DNA of 64,000 nucleotides. Source: Camelus dromedarius (Eukaryota). Shown one piece after another: positions 24,601-37,660 of this stretch; position 1 is the stretch's first letter, and the number at the start of each line of letters is the position of its first letter. Under the pieces are notes generated by a model that did no database searches, was not told the origin of the DNA, and saw only the letters and a program-made list of their open reading frames with translations. Location of the stretch: assembly GCF_036321535.1 (NCBI RefSeq), contig NC_087437.1, positions 101,806,001 through 101,870,000 on the forward strand, in the 5' to 3' direction. The translations under genes and the position numbers were made by a program.

Positions 24601-26334
24601 CATCTAACAAAAGCCCTGAATTTCATAAAACATGAGCCTGGCCATCTTTCAGATGGCTCATCATTCATGACCAATCAGAAAGCTTTGGGCATGAAATAGG
24701 AATATGGGTTGGTAAATCTCTTCTATGCCTTCCTTAACAAAAATAGGCAAGCCTGTCTGCCAGTGTTTTTCGACAACATCAAAAAGGATTTTGTTTCTTT
24801 GTAGAAATCAGCATGATTAAACTTTCTGATCCATGGATAAAGGAGCTTTATTTTTAAGGCAGGCCTAACTCTTTAAGAAGGAGCAAAGTTTGTTAAATGT
24901 ATCTTTAACTCACCTAATTAACCCCTTTCATCTAACTCATACTTGGTATTCCCTGGACATTTGTGCTCCAAATCCCCAAACTTACTACATTTATTTTACA
25001 AAAATTTAAAATTCCAATATGATAAACAAAACAAAATCTATTAGAAAATGCCCTGAGATGTTTGTTGTGATGAGACAGACAGACACAGGCAGCTGTAAGT
25101 GCTGTGGCAGAATAAGCTAATTGCAGTCTGTATAATTAAAAGTAAACAACCTTAGGGTCTTTGAATAATCATATTTAATGGTCCATCTTAGGCAAGACAT
25201 AGCTTTGCACATATCTGCATATATCTATACTTGTGTAGGATTCCATTTAGAAAGCTATTTGTAACCAAGAAATGTTTTTTGAGAATTGTAAGAAAATAGG
25301 CAAATTCATAATATGCACATTCCAGGAGATACATTATTGTTTAGTTTTACTGACACAAAGGCATTAAGCCAATGTAATACGATAAAGCAATATGGTAAAA
25401 TAATTAAACAGACATTAAGTACCACAAAGTGTTAGGGGAACTAGAGATATTTTAACCTAGGAAGAGTAGAAAAATTTTCTTATTGGGTGTATAAATTGAA
25501 CTATACTTTAAAAGATGGGTAGAAGTTGGAAAAATGGAAAATATAGGGCATCCTGGATAGCAGCATTCTCCAATACAAATGAGGAAAGGGCTTGATATGT
25601 GAATAACATAGAATGAATAAAAATTTGCAAACCCTAGTAACCATCAAGTCAAAGTCAAAACAGATACACTACACTGGCCGACAGTAAGTTTCAGCAAAAA
25701 AGAGTAGATTTGTAACTATACACACTTTCCATTTTTCCCTTTTCTATTAATAAATTTCTGGAGAGAGATATAAGTTCTGGAAGATCAATTTGCTATCAGG
25801 CTTGGCCTTATTTAGCATCTTAACTTTAATATATACACCTAAATTTGTTTAAACCCAGATCTTTGCATGAAAAAAGACCTAAGATCAAGGAAAATGGAAT
25901 CTAGAGTAGGAGAAAAAGAGAAGCAGAGAACAAACAACATCATTTTAGCATCCAAATTTATCCATGCCTGACTTTTCAATTATGTGAGACAAAAACAAAC
26001 AAAAAACTTCTTGCTTTTTTGTTTAACATGCAATTAAAACAAATAGGCTTTAAAGTTGGAATGGTTATAAATGTAGGCAAAATTTTGGCCACAGTGGTGA
26101 GAAGGTATTTGATATCAGTAATAATAAATCACTTTTTGAACAGTTTCCAGTATAATAGTGTAAACAGGAAATGCCTTATACTTCAATTCAGAGAGATGCC
26201 TAGCTAAGTGTCTTCCTAAAATAGACAAAGTGGTCAATCAACGTTTGTGGAATAAATGAGGAATTGAATGGTTATGCTATGAAAAACAAATTAAATACAT
26301 CTCAATTTCTTTGTTTAATGAAAGTATTTATATG

Positions 26335-26562
26335 TTATTCATATACACATTGGTTTATTTGCAGGCTCTCTATTTTATTGCACTGACTATATATCTGTCT
26401 TTATGTCAGTACCATACTGTTTTGATTACTATAGCTTTAAAATGTGTTTTGAAATCAGGAAGTATGAGTTCACTCAGGGTCTTCTGTGATTCTATATGAC
26501 TTTAGGATATCTTCCTACTACTGTTAAAAATGCCTTTGGGATTTTGATAGGCACAGAATTGA
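26335..26562 (-). mobile_element. LINE-1 ORF2 fragment, internally deleted
   Basis: 'ggtttatttgcaggctctctattttattgcactgactatatatctgtctttatgtcagtaccatactgttttgattactatagcttt...gggattttgatagg'. Confidence 0.85.
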
Positions 26563-29500
26563 ACAAAGATTAACTTAAAATTCTACCTAATACAAGGAAC
26601 ATGCATTTTCGGACAGATTCTGATGTGCAAATTATTTACTAGCAGGATTACATAACAGTCTTTAAATATCTTTAAATATTTTCCTCAAAAAGCCACCAAA
26701 TTTCCATTTCTTTAAAAGTTATTTTTGTCAGTCTTCTGTTCCATTCCACAGTTTAAACTGTCTCCATTTTCTTAAAGAATTGTATATATATTCTCATTTT
26801 TATAAAAGACACAGATACACTTGCTAGGTGAAAACTGACAATTGTAAAGGCATAAAAATATACACACAATGATGGCAAGGAAGCTACTCAAACGTATAAC
26901 CATCAACAGGCATATTTGCTAGTCATTTAAAAACAGACAAACTAGTTAAAACTGATGTAATAAAGAATATGTAAAAATCTTATGTTCCACATTCCCTCAA
27001 AATTTGTTCATACGATATGAAAAAATTATTTTCAATCCTCACTTAACCCTGTATATTTGGTAATTTAAAAAGCAGTTACTTAGTAAAATTTTAAATAATG
27101 AATCTCAGTATGTATAGGGAAGTTCAAATATTGCAAGTTAAACAGACAGAACAGAATTTTCTTTCAAGGAGAAATATAAATATTAATATTTTCTTTGAAA
27201 CAGTGCCTGTCACCGATAAATTAATAAGTCTATTATTTTCAATAAAATTAGAATTATCACTAGATATTCATTTTTAACTCCTTGAGGGAAAGGGTTAATT
27301 CAAATTTATTTTACTAGAAATAGAGTTTTTATTATGGAAGAAAAATTCAATAGTGATATATAATATTTGAAGATATATATGTAAACAGTTGTTATAATTT
27401 TTGAATAGCACCATTTATATAGATCACTGAGTATCTTTATGCTCCTGAAAAATGAAATGGGTCACAGAATAAATAAATTAACCAAATTAATTGCAGACCA
27501 AAAATGACATCATGAAGCTTAACACTTGCATAGTGGTTACAGTTTCAGGTTCCCAAGTTCAATCAAATTTTAATTGCTAATAAAAAATTAGAAGAAACTG
27601 ATATGATATATAATCATAAAAACTGATTAATCCTTAAATATAAGCTTTTGGTTTGTAAAATTAGAACCTATAGGTCATACTTTTCAGGAAAACATTTTGT
27701 CCTCAATTTTTTTTTTTTTAGTTTTTATTTTTTGCATTGTATTGCAAAGTGTCTAAAAATATGGATTTGTAAATGATGACCATTTCCCCCAAAAAATGGT
27801 ATTATACCAGATAAAGGAAATCTGAAGTAATATTGATATGTATTAAAATTATAAAACATTATCAAACTAAAGTTATTCAATATAATATATTAATTTGCAC
27901 ATTTATTTTAAGATATTTCTTAACTGGTGTGTCTTAGTATATGAATGAATGTATGTTTACTCATGTTTCTATATGCACAAATGTACTGACAGAATTGCAT
28001 ATACATGCATTTACATGTTGAGTGAAAAGAAAGTATAGTCCTCTGAAGACTGTAGATAATATTTAAATTCCTAATTGGTGGCTTAGGATACATACATACA
28101 ATTTAATATTTCAGAATATTTCTGTGTTAAATCAGTTCAATTTTAAATTCCATACAGGTTGTGTCAAAAGCTTTTCACTGAAAACATATTCATTTAGCAA
28201 CCCAAAGGATGGAAGATAACTATCTAATTTTAACTCTTATTTTATCCCTAAATATACTGTATTATCAAATTATTCAATTTTTCAAAGACATACATTTTTA
28301 AGAACATATAAATTTGCTTGGAATTCCTATATAGATTTATTCAAAATTCAGAATGGTGGGAGGACCACTGCTTTAGTCCTCAACAATGGAATTATGTGGA
28401 AGATTGACAGCCCTAGCTCTAATTGAGACTATGTATGTGAATTACCTGGTAGTTATACACCATTGAAAAATTGTTGTCTCCTATTTGGAAAGGAGAATGT
28501 TTGACTATTAAATAAATTTGGTTTACATCAAGAATGAAATAAGATGTCAGTCTATAAATAAAGCCACAGTAGTTTCTGAATTATTTTCCTTGCCTGTCTT
28601 AATTTAGAAATTTAATAAAATAATTGGCTAGATTTAGAGCTATTAAGACATAACCTTAAATGAATTAATTTTAATATTTGATAAAATAGGTAGATACATT
28701 CATTAGTAATGAAAGTGGCAAGATTTATATAGAATTATTGAACAGCATAAGAACAAATTATGGAAAGATTACAATAAAGGCGTAAAATTCAGTGGAAATA
28801 CGCATTTGCATATCTTAAAAAGATTTGAGGAAATATACTTAACTGAAAACTTTCAGCAAATAATATGGAAAATTAAAAATGAAAGAATAGAAAATTTGAA
28901 ATATTGGTCAATTGGAAAATTAGGCCTATTTGTTTACTTCACTGTATATATTCAGTTAATTATGGAAAATGTCATCAGCAATAAGAAAATACCACCCCTA
29001 ACAAGAACCTCAGTGTGATTTGATTATGTATTTTAACATCTCAAAGATTATAGACGCTCTAGTTTTGATATAATTATAATTATGTGCTTAATTTTTTCAA
29101 ATATACAACCTCTCTCAGTATTAGCTTTGCTTTTTAATCAGTGAAATGACCTTTGGGTCCATAGTTTATGCTACAATTGTTTTTCCACCCTCTATCAAAA
29201 GATCAGGTAAAAATGATGACGACCGAACTGATGAGAAAAATCAATTTCTGTACTTGTTCAATTAACTACACATGTGCTCCCCATTTACCCTTAAATGAAA
29301 TATAGGAAGTCATTTTAATTGTTAGTAAATTGGTACCGTGCAAAACACACAGAAAGCAATTATATATCTATTTTGTTTCTTGAAAGAGCATAATGGAAAT
29401 ACGATTTTAGGGACTTGAGTTTTTCATGGTGAATTTCTAACATGTCAATATGATAGAATATATCCTATGAAAGCTTATCTTCATTTGTTAAATAATATTT

Positions 29501-31125
29501 GGAAATGGTAAAATAGTTAGTGAAAGTCTCTTTGTTTCACCGAAAGGGAGGGGGCTCTGTTACATCAACTGTGTCTCGAAATTAAGCATTAGCATGTGTA
29601 CTATATGCCTTTTGCTTAATCTCATTGCCTGTCAGCTTTGCTTTTTCAGCTTCAGCAATGTAACTCAAAATATTTGCTACCCAGAGGATTTATTTCATAT
29701 CTTCGAGGCTCTCTGATTTATATAACCACAGAGCTTTTCTATTTAAGGTCAGTTATTATGTTATACATCGTATCTCTTAAAAATTAAATATAGCCGCCTT
29801 TATCTTTCTACTTCACCTGAGGAGCCAATGTGTCATGCTTATTACCTAGCACATAAATTGCTCTTAAAATGAACTGGATTTATCTGGCTTAAAAAAAAAC
29901 TTTGATATTTAAATTAAACACCACCTTAATTGAATTTGTACGTTAGAGGAAAGGCAATGATGCTTCACTGTTACTATAGGGAAATTGCTGTAATTGTGCC
30001 CACTATTAGAGATGATCCAATTTTACTTTTACCTATTAGTAAGAAATATACAAATATTCTGGCAACTGCTTCACAAATTATCTACATATCTTTATCAAGT
30101 CTGTGTTAATTTCTAGTATAAACACTAACTTAAACTTTTTGTAATTATGAAACTATTTTATTTAATCTTTGTGAAGATATTTCTGGTTGTTCCTGACTAA
30201 TTTTAACATACTTAAGCTTTTAAAATGTATTTCATTATCTAACACAAAATTAAATTTTTAAATAAATTAAACCAAAATAAAAATTTAAAAAATTTAACAA
30301 AAATTTATTTAATATCATTGTGATTACAAGCTTTTAGGAATGGACATCTAAACCTTATCCCCTGTCTCTTGTAAATATGTGCTCAAAGGCTTGCAACTTA
30401 ATATAATTTTTTTGTCTGTAACTGGGAATAACAATATACATATATAAATTAGCAGAGCCTGGAATGTTGTAATCAGTCAAAATATTATTATTATTTTAAT
30501 TAATCTGATTTTAATTATAAAATATTTTATATAAAAAGTGCTTAAGGACTCTTTCAAAGTCCAATTTTTTTGTTTTGCTTTGTTTTGTTTCAGTTATGTC
30601 CTAATCAATATTTGGTGTGTATCTCCAATGATAATTTCTACTTCAGAATTTATAGTCATAGAATTTTCTAGTTGTTAAATATATTAAAGACCATTTCACA
30701 GCACTCTAGTCCATGAGACAGAGACTAGTTACATAAAGTCCCAGCTAGTTATTAACAGACTAGTGATGAGAATTAGGTTATAACGGCGACATGAAAGCAT
30801 TCAATCAAGAAAGACGAATTGCCCCATAATGTATACCACTCTTAATCGTTCATTGATTTCCTTATACATATTAATACAGTACATATATACTTCTGGTAAA
30901 GAGTTATAACCCATCGAAAATTTCATCTTATTAATTTTGTAGAAAAATGTGTATCTACTTCATCATATTTTTCTTAATTCTTTTCTTTCTTCACACCCTA
31001 ATGATTACAGGGTATAAGCAACTAGGTATATCTATTTGCCTAAATTAGTTTCACCGTATGTGTAGTTGTTGGGAAATCAGAACTGCTCAATCTGTTACAG
31101 GAATTCAGGACAACTTATGTAATAT

Positions 31126-31677
31126 TGTGTTAATTATCAACTGCTGTATAACAAATTTTACCCAAACTTTGTGGCTTATGGAACAACATTTATTATCTCA
31201 GTTTCTGCGGGTCAGGAAGCTAGGTACTGCTTAGCTGGGTCTCCTGGCTCTGCTCACTCACAGGGCTGCCTTCCAGGTGCCAGCTGAACCAGCTGTTGTC
31301 TCATGACTCTACTGGAAAAAGAGCCTTTCCAAGCTCACTCAGGTGGTTGTGAGGATTTAGTTCTTTGCTCGCTATTGGCTCAAACCCTCCCTTTTGCTCC
31401 TCTCTCTGCGGGCATCTTCTTAGGAGACTCACAAGATGGCCCCTAGCTTCGTCAGAGTAAGCAAGTGAAAAGGTAAGTGAGAGAGAGCAAGATGTAAATC
31501 ACAATTTTTAATAACCTAATATTGGAAGTAACACTTCATAATGTAACCTTTCCCATTTTGTATTTATTAGAAGCAAGTCACTAAACTTTGCCTATAATCA
31601 AAAGGAGGGTATTACCCAAGGATATAAATAACAGGGGGTGGGGACCATTGGGAGCCTTTCTAAAGCTGCCTGCTACA
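31126..31677 (-). mobile_element. MaLR solo LTR (MLT1F-like)
   Basis: 'ctgctgtataacaaattttacccaaactttgtggctta...tttattatctcagtttctgcgggtcaggaa...ttattagaagcaagtcactaa...gggaccattgggagcc...gctgcctgctaca'. Confidence 0.85.
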
Positions 31678-32787
31678 GACTGTAAATGAGAGTGTCTTTT
31701 TCCCAATGTCTAAACTCTCCATATAATTTTCCCATCTTCATGCATAAGTGACTTTATTTAAAAAATTCTAAGTACCTCATTTTTCTCTTGATATATTTTA
31801 AAAATTGTTGTTTTCTCTACTGAATTTTTTTCCTTTTTTTGAGACAACTGAAATACTCACAGAAGTCAAGATGATATTTAAGTAGTGATAAGCACATAGA
31901 ACTTACTTTCTAGTCCCAATTATGAAGTTGAGAATCTATTTATATATTTTCCACTTTTCTTTGCGTGTTATGTATTTGTAGCTATTCACTTCAAATTTCA
32001 ATTCAATTCAAAACGTTTGTGTGTGAGAAACATTAAAACTCAGCTTAGAATCACATTTTGAAAGAAACTTTTTTGATCTCAGAGGTACAAATTGAAACTT
32101 TAATACACAAAAATCTATAAAATATTCTAGCAGTGCAGTTTTCAATTAAACTGAACCTTTACCAAACTAGATGGATTCTATTTATAATATAGACCAAATG
32201 GGTTGTTCTCTACTTTCAAAGAGTAGATTCATTGATAGAATATTGGAAATGCCATTCACTCAGATGAGAATCTAAATGAAGAAGGAAAATGGATTTATTA
32301 ACACAGAAGCTAATAATTTCAGTAAGTAAAATATGTGACATAAAAATCAGGAAAGCTGTATAATGCAAAAATATGCATAAAATCAGCAAAAATGTATAAG
32401 CAGAAATCACAATAAAATGTAATCTACATGTGTGAGTAGCATATTTTGTTTTTAACCAGAAACAAGTATTTCCCTTCACAAATTTTTGGGAATCTCTCAT
32501 GAATTAAAATTTTTGTTGGAAGGATAAATAAGATAATGAATAGTACAAGCATTTTAAAGTCAGTTGACTGTCACTTTATATTTCTTTTGGACTTTGTATT
32601 TATTTTCTATCACAGGGCATATAATATCTTGACTACAGTATTGAAATAATAATTATGGAAATGTTAGGATGATATGAAACAATATAATTAAAACACTGCC
32701 AAGAGCTCTCATCAGCAAACTCTCAACAAAAATAAGATACATATTTGAGGAGCTAAAATTTCTGTTTGTATAAAGTTGTGTTCTATA

Positions 32788-32931
32788 TACCCAGAAGATG
32801 GCCCTCACCCAACCATGCTGGTACCCTGATCTCAGATTTCAAGCCTCCAAAACAGTAAACATGAATTTCTGCTGTTTATATGCTACCCAGTCTGTGGTAT
32901 TTTGTTAAAGCAGCCCTGATGGACTAAGTCA
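32788..32931 (+). mobile_element. MaLR LTR 3' fragment (MLT1A-like)
   Basis: 'gccctcacccaaccatgctggtaccctgatctcagatttcaagcctcc...tacccagtctgtggtattttgttaaagcagccctgatggactaagtca'. Confidence 0.85.
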
Positions 32932-34204
32932 TTTAAAATCCATATTTGAGGAGTTTGGATTTTATTCTAAAATCAGAGGGGGAGCTAAGCAAGAAAGAAT
33001 CATGATGAATTCTTAAAAGAGTTGCTTTAGTTGTGCAGGGAAGCATACACTGGATAGTAGTAGGAAGGCACACCAATTAAGTGGTGGTAGTAATTTTAGA
33101 GAGAAGCTGTTTTTGAAAACTCTAACGCCGTTGAGGGTCAAGAAAGGTAATTAAATTCAAGTCCTTTGCTAATTAGAGGAGGGGAAAAGGTCATGTTCAC
33201 TTTTCCAGGATCCACTGTGAGCTACCAGTGGGTTTATGATATCATCAGTCAATAAGGTTAGGAACTCACAATGAATGATGGACTACGAAGGTAAGATGAA
33301 TTTTCATAGGCTACTCACACCAATTTTTCCCAAATAGAAACAATTCATGTAGATTCTGTAGGAGGGTGTTGAGTGAATTTCTGAGTGGTATCATTATTTT
33401 AAAAAATATGAATAAAAACATACTGACCTGGGATAATATTAAAGATAGGATGAGATAAAAAATATTAAAAGATTGCAAATCTGTATCTATGGTATAATGC
33501 ATAGGGAAAAAAAGTGCCTGGAAGAAATATACAAAGTATTAATATTTATGATTGGGTGGTATATGTTTTATTCTATTCACTTTTGTTATATTTATTCTCA
33601 AAACTTGACCCTTATATACTTTCTCAATGAAAAATAAAGTATAAATAGTTTATATCAGACACTGATATACATCAGATACTCTGTTCTTCGTATAATTAAA
33701 AGATCTGCAACTTGCTTTTTTTGGTCTCACTGTATTGTCTTTCACTATTTTCATTTTGAAAGCATCATATCTATATTTTGGAGAGTACTGTATACCAGGA
33801 GTAACACAGCTTAATTATTCCTCTAATAAATATTTTTCTAACTTCCATTTTTTGTTTTATGTATTTTTAAGGTGCTTTTGGTTTCTTGTCAAATAGCATC
33901 ACCCTTCCACAAGTCCTACTGAATATACAGCTTTTAAATATGCTATTCCTTTCTTTAGCAAGTTTAAAGTACAGACTCCTCTGTAACAATTCTCACTGAT
34001 CCTCATAATATTAGATGATTTTTCAAAGAGAACTTACATATATTTGTGAAATAAGTTGCTAAAGCTTTCTGCCATGCTCAGAAAAAAAAATCTGCTCAAT
34101 TCTAACATCTATCTGTACAGATAATACATAACAACTTGATCATTATGGTAGTAAAAACATTGACTGGAATACCAGGGCTACTTATGACTTTTAAGGCAGG
34201 TTAC

Positions 34205-34414
34205 GAAGGGAAGGGAAGGGAAGGGAAGGGAAGGGGAGGGAAGGGGAGGGGAGGGGAGGGGAGGGGAAGGGGAGGGGAGGGGAGGGGAGGGAAGGGGAGG
34301 GGAGGGGAGGGGAGGGGAGGGGAGGGAAGGGAAGGGAAGGGAAGGGAAGGGAAGGGAGAGAAAGAAAGAAAGAAAGAAAGAAAGAAAGCAAGCAAGCAAG
34401 CAAGCAAGCAAGAG

Positions 34415-34503
<89 letters not shown>

Positions 34504-34642
34504 AAGAAAGAAAGAAAGAGAGAAAGAAAGAAAGAAAGAAAGAGAGAAAGAAAGAAAGAAAGAGAGAAAGAAAGAAAGAAAGAAAGCAAGAGAGAAAGCA
34601 AGAGAGAAAGAAAGCAGAAAGCAAGAGAGAAAGAAAGAAAAG
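34205..34642. repeat. Compound polypurine microsatellite (AAGGG)n-(AGGGG)n-(AAGGG)n-(GAAA)n-(GCAA)n-(GAAA/GAGA)n
   Basis: Seen directly: ~438 bp with no T on the + strand and C only in GCA-containing units. Confidence 0.98.
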
Positions 34643-35565
34643 TAAAAAAGCCAGACATACTGAAATAAATCCAGTTTGAGTAAACAACTAATAGAAATAT
34701 TATGTGATCATGATTATGCTTCTTAGGGATGTGTAACTCATTTAGTGGAAAGTTTCAGTAACTTTCAATAAGTTAAATCCATTGTACAAGAAAGCAAAAA
34801 TTTATGTTTCATAAGTAAAAACCTGAGAAAAGTTTTAAGGCTAAAGTTAAAATACTATGCAGTTATTTAGTTTTATTCAAAATCAGATAATGTCTTACAA
34901 AATGACTGTATGATATACCATAGAATGCAGAGTTTCTCTCTTAACAAAACTAGCAACACCAATATAAATAATTTTAGGCATTCATGTGTTCACATCACCA
35001 AATTGTTGAATAGAAAAATGTAAAGTACACTTTTTATATTTCCCCTCTATAGAGTTGTGTTTAATTTTCTTTATTTTGGCACTCTGGGAAATGCACAGAT
35101 GAATTTAAAGTTTTACTAGAGTTACAATCATTGGAGAAGTCTGTCTCAAAATTAGACTCTTCAGATTATAAATACTGGATGAATTTTGAGGAAAGGGTCA
35201 TTAATGAGAATTCAGGGTTCAGAGAAGTATTTTAGGGGCTGTTTGGGCAGTTTCAAAAAGAAGAGTGAGTAAAGGTGGGTGAGGTCCTCCACAAGAAAAG
35301 ACTTGGGAGAAACAAGATGTTGCAATTAAGCTTTACTGCAGGTATTCAATGGGAACTAGAAAGAATGCTAAGGTTAATTCAAAGATCAAGTGTTCAGGAA
35401 GCCATGCAAAAAAATTTAAACTTTGACACATTATCAGATGTAGAGTCTGGATGTTTCTAATTATGCTAGTAATGTGAAAAACATGATGCAATAGAAATAT
35501 TAGTTGGTATGTTAATTTTAATTGTATTTTTCATTGCTATAGAATATTTTAATATTCTATTCACA

Positions 35566-35788
35566 TGAAGAAATACAAGCAGCATCCAGAACCTGGAAGA
35601 GGCAAGAAAATGGACTGTCCCTCAGAACCTCCAGATGGAATAGGTCCCTTCCAACATCTTGATTTTAGTGTAGTAAATAAGGTGCACTTTGCACTTCTGA
35701 CCCACAGAACTGTAAGATAATAAACTTCTGTTATTTAAAGGCACTAAGTTTGTGGTAAAGTATTACAGCAGCACTAAGAACTAACACA
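35566..35788 (+). mobile_element. MaLR LTR 3' half (MLT1D-like)
   Basis: 'ctggaagaggcaagaaaatggactgtccctcagaacctccaga...ttctgacccacagaactgtaagataataaacttctgttatttaaaggcactaagtttgtggtaa...aactaacaca'. Confidence 0.85.
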
Positions 35789-36069
35789 GCCACTTGACCG
35801 TCATATCCTTTTTCTTATTCATTAAGGGTCACATCTGGTGCACATCTGGGACATTCCTTTCCTTATCCTTCCCTATGAACGCTGTCACGCTCTGTAGCTA
35901 TAAAAATCTCCCAGAGAATATGATTCAGGAATACTTTGGCAAGTACTGGAACTGTCTGCAGGTGCCCTCCAGAGTAGAATCCAGGGTTTAAGCAGGGCAC
36001 TGACAGCATCCATTACATGTGTTTCAGGTTTCCTGCCCCTTAAAAAACACACATATAATTTTTCTTTCT

Positions 36070-36215
36070 AATCCATTTGAGAGTAGGTTGCCTATATCAG
36101 ACTTTGAACTCAATACTTCAGTATGTATTTCCTAAACAACAGATTAGTTCCTTATGTCGCATAGTACAGTTACAGTACAGTGTTCAAAATAAGAAAATTT
36201 AACATTGAGATAATA
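36070..36215 (-). mobile_element. LINE-1 3' UTR fragment (L1MC-like)
   Basis: 'ccatttgagagtaggttgc...aatacttcagtatgtatttcctaa...tcaaaataagaaaatttaacattga'. Confidence 0.65.
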
Positions 36216-36239
36216 CCTTAACTCTCAAGGTTCTTTTAT

Positions 36240-37660
36240 GTTTGTCTAAGAATATCTACTTCACCTTAATTTTTGAAGGATGATTTTTCATGGCAATAGA
36301 ATTTTATATTGGCTTTTTTCCCTCCAAACATTAAAAGGTAATTCCTTTTGTTTTTGAGCTTCCATACTTTTAGTTGAAATGTCATCTATCAGTCTTCTTT
36401 TTACTCCTTGAATATAATGTGGCTTTTACCATAGGCTATTCTGAGACTTTGTTTTCTTTGTAATTATCCTACTTAGAGTCCACAAACTTTCTTAAATCCA
36501 CAAGTTTTGGTCTTTCATCTATTAAAAAAATAATATCTATATTTTACCAAAAACTGCTTCTTTTATCTCAGTGTCTCTAATTCAATCACTGTTAGACCTT
36601 TTTACAAGTTCCCATAGGTCCATTATGAGCTTTTAAACTGCATTTTAAAAACTTTTTTTATCTTGTGATTGAAATTTGAAGAGAAAAAGGCAGAAAGTAT
36701 TGAGCTTTGAATATGAACAGAGAAAAGGCTGAATAAATATCCTGGTGAGTTTACAATTCATTCCTCTTGCATTCTCTTTCTCTCTCTCTATTTTCTCTTT
36801 AGACTTCAGTACTTTGATCCTAGTGGGGTTTTTTGTTCTTGTTGTTTGTTTATTTATTTTTTGCATGTCTTAAAATTTTGTACTGAAAGCTCTTCAACTT
36901 GTGTAAAAAATGTCAGTTATTGCTTGATACCCTCCTTCAGGATGGTTTCATTTTCCTCTGGTTATTATTTAGAATTCAAGCAGTATCTTTGATTCTTTTG
37001 TGTCTAGTTTATTCATGGTTTCATTTCAGTCCAAGGATGTAGATTTTACTCCTAGTGCATAGCCTTTATCACTAGAGCTTAAACCCTGTGGGCTCTCCTA
37101 AAAAACAAAACAAAACAAAAAAAAACCAATCATCACTTTACCATGGGATGCCCCAAACTTTAATTTCTGCTCCTCAGATCAAGACTAATCAAGTCTCTGT
37201 TAAGATCTTTTGCACCCCAGTGACTGTTTTTTGCTTCATATCTCAGCCCCCATTTACACATGCTCAACTTAGAAGCTGATAAATGACTCATGGAGGATTG
37301 TGAGCATGCAGAATTTTCACCTGAAAAGAGTTTGTTTTCATCTCTTTAAGACCCAGTTGCCTTTCTAACTTTTAGCTTCAATCTGTCCACACTATCAGGT
37401 GAGACCACTGAAAACCTAAGCAATACCCTTTTTCTTGGACTCTATTTTCTGCACTGGAAATTTGAAAATTCCCTTTAAAAAAAAAAAATGCTAACCTCAG
37501 TTCACTTCTCTTCTCTGTAGAAATGCTGACCCCCTCAGTCCTACATGCCTTTTCTTTCCTCTTATATTCTATGAGTATTTTGTGTATTTTCTAGCTTTTA
37601 TTGTTGTTTTCAGTGGAACATTAATTTTGTTAATAACTACTCAGTCATGACCCAAAGTGG
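36240..37660 (-). mobile_element. Ancient L1/HAL1-like ORF1 and 5' region fragments
   Basis: 'aagaatatctacttcaccttaatttttgaaggatgatttttcatggcaatagaattttatattggc' is typical of antisense old L1 ORF1. Decayed; extent uncertain. Confidence 0.5.

Noticed and set aside
24639..24657. Small hairpin gccatct-ttc-agatggc near a CCAAT box
   Set aside because: A 7-bp stem is expected by chance at this scale and there is no other support.
34136..34687. Four long ORFs (up to 169 aa; GR/KE-rich or FLS/PSP-rich)
   Set aside because: They are translations of the purine microsatellite, which lacks stop codons because of its composition.
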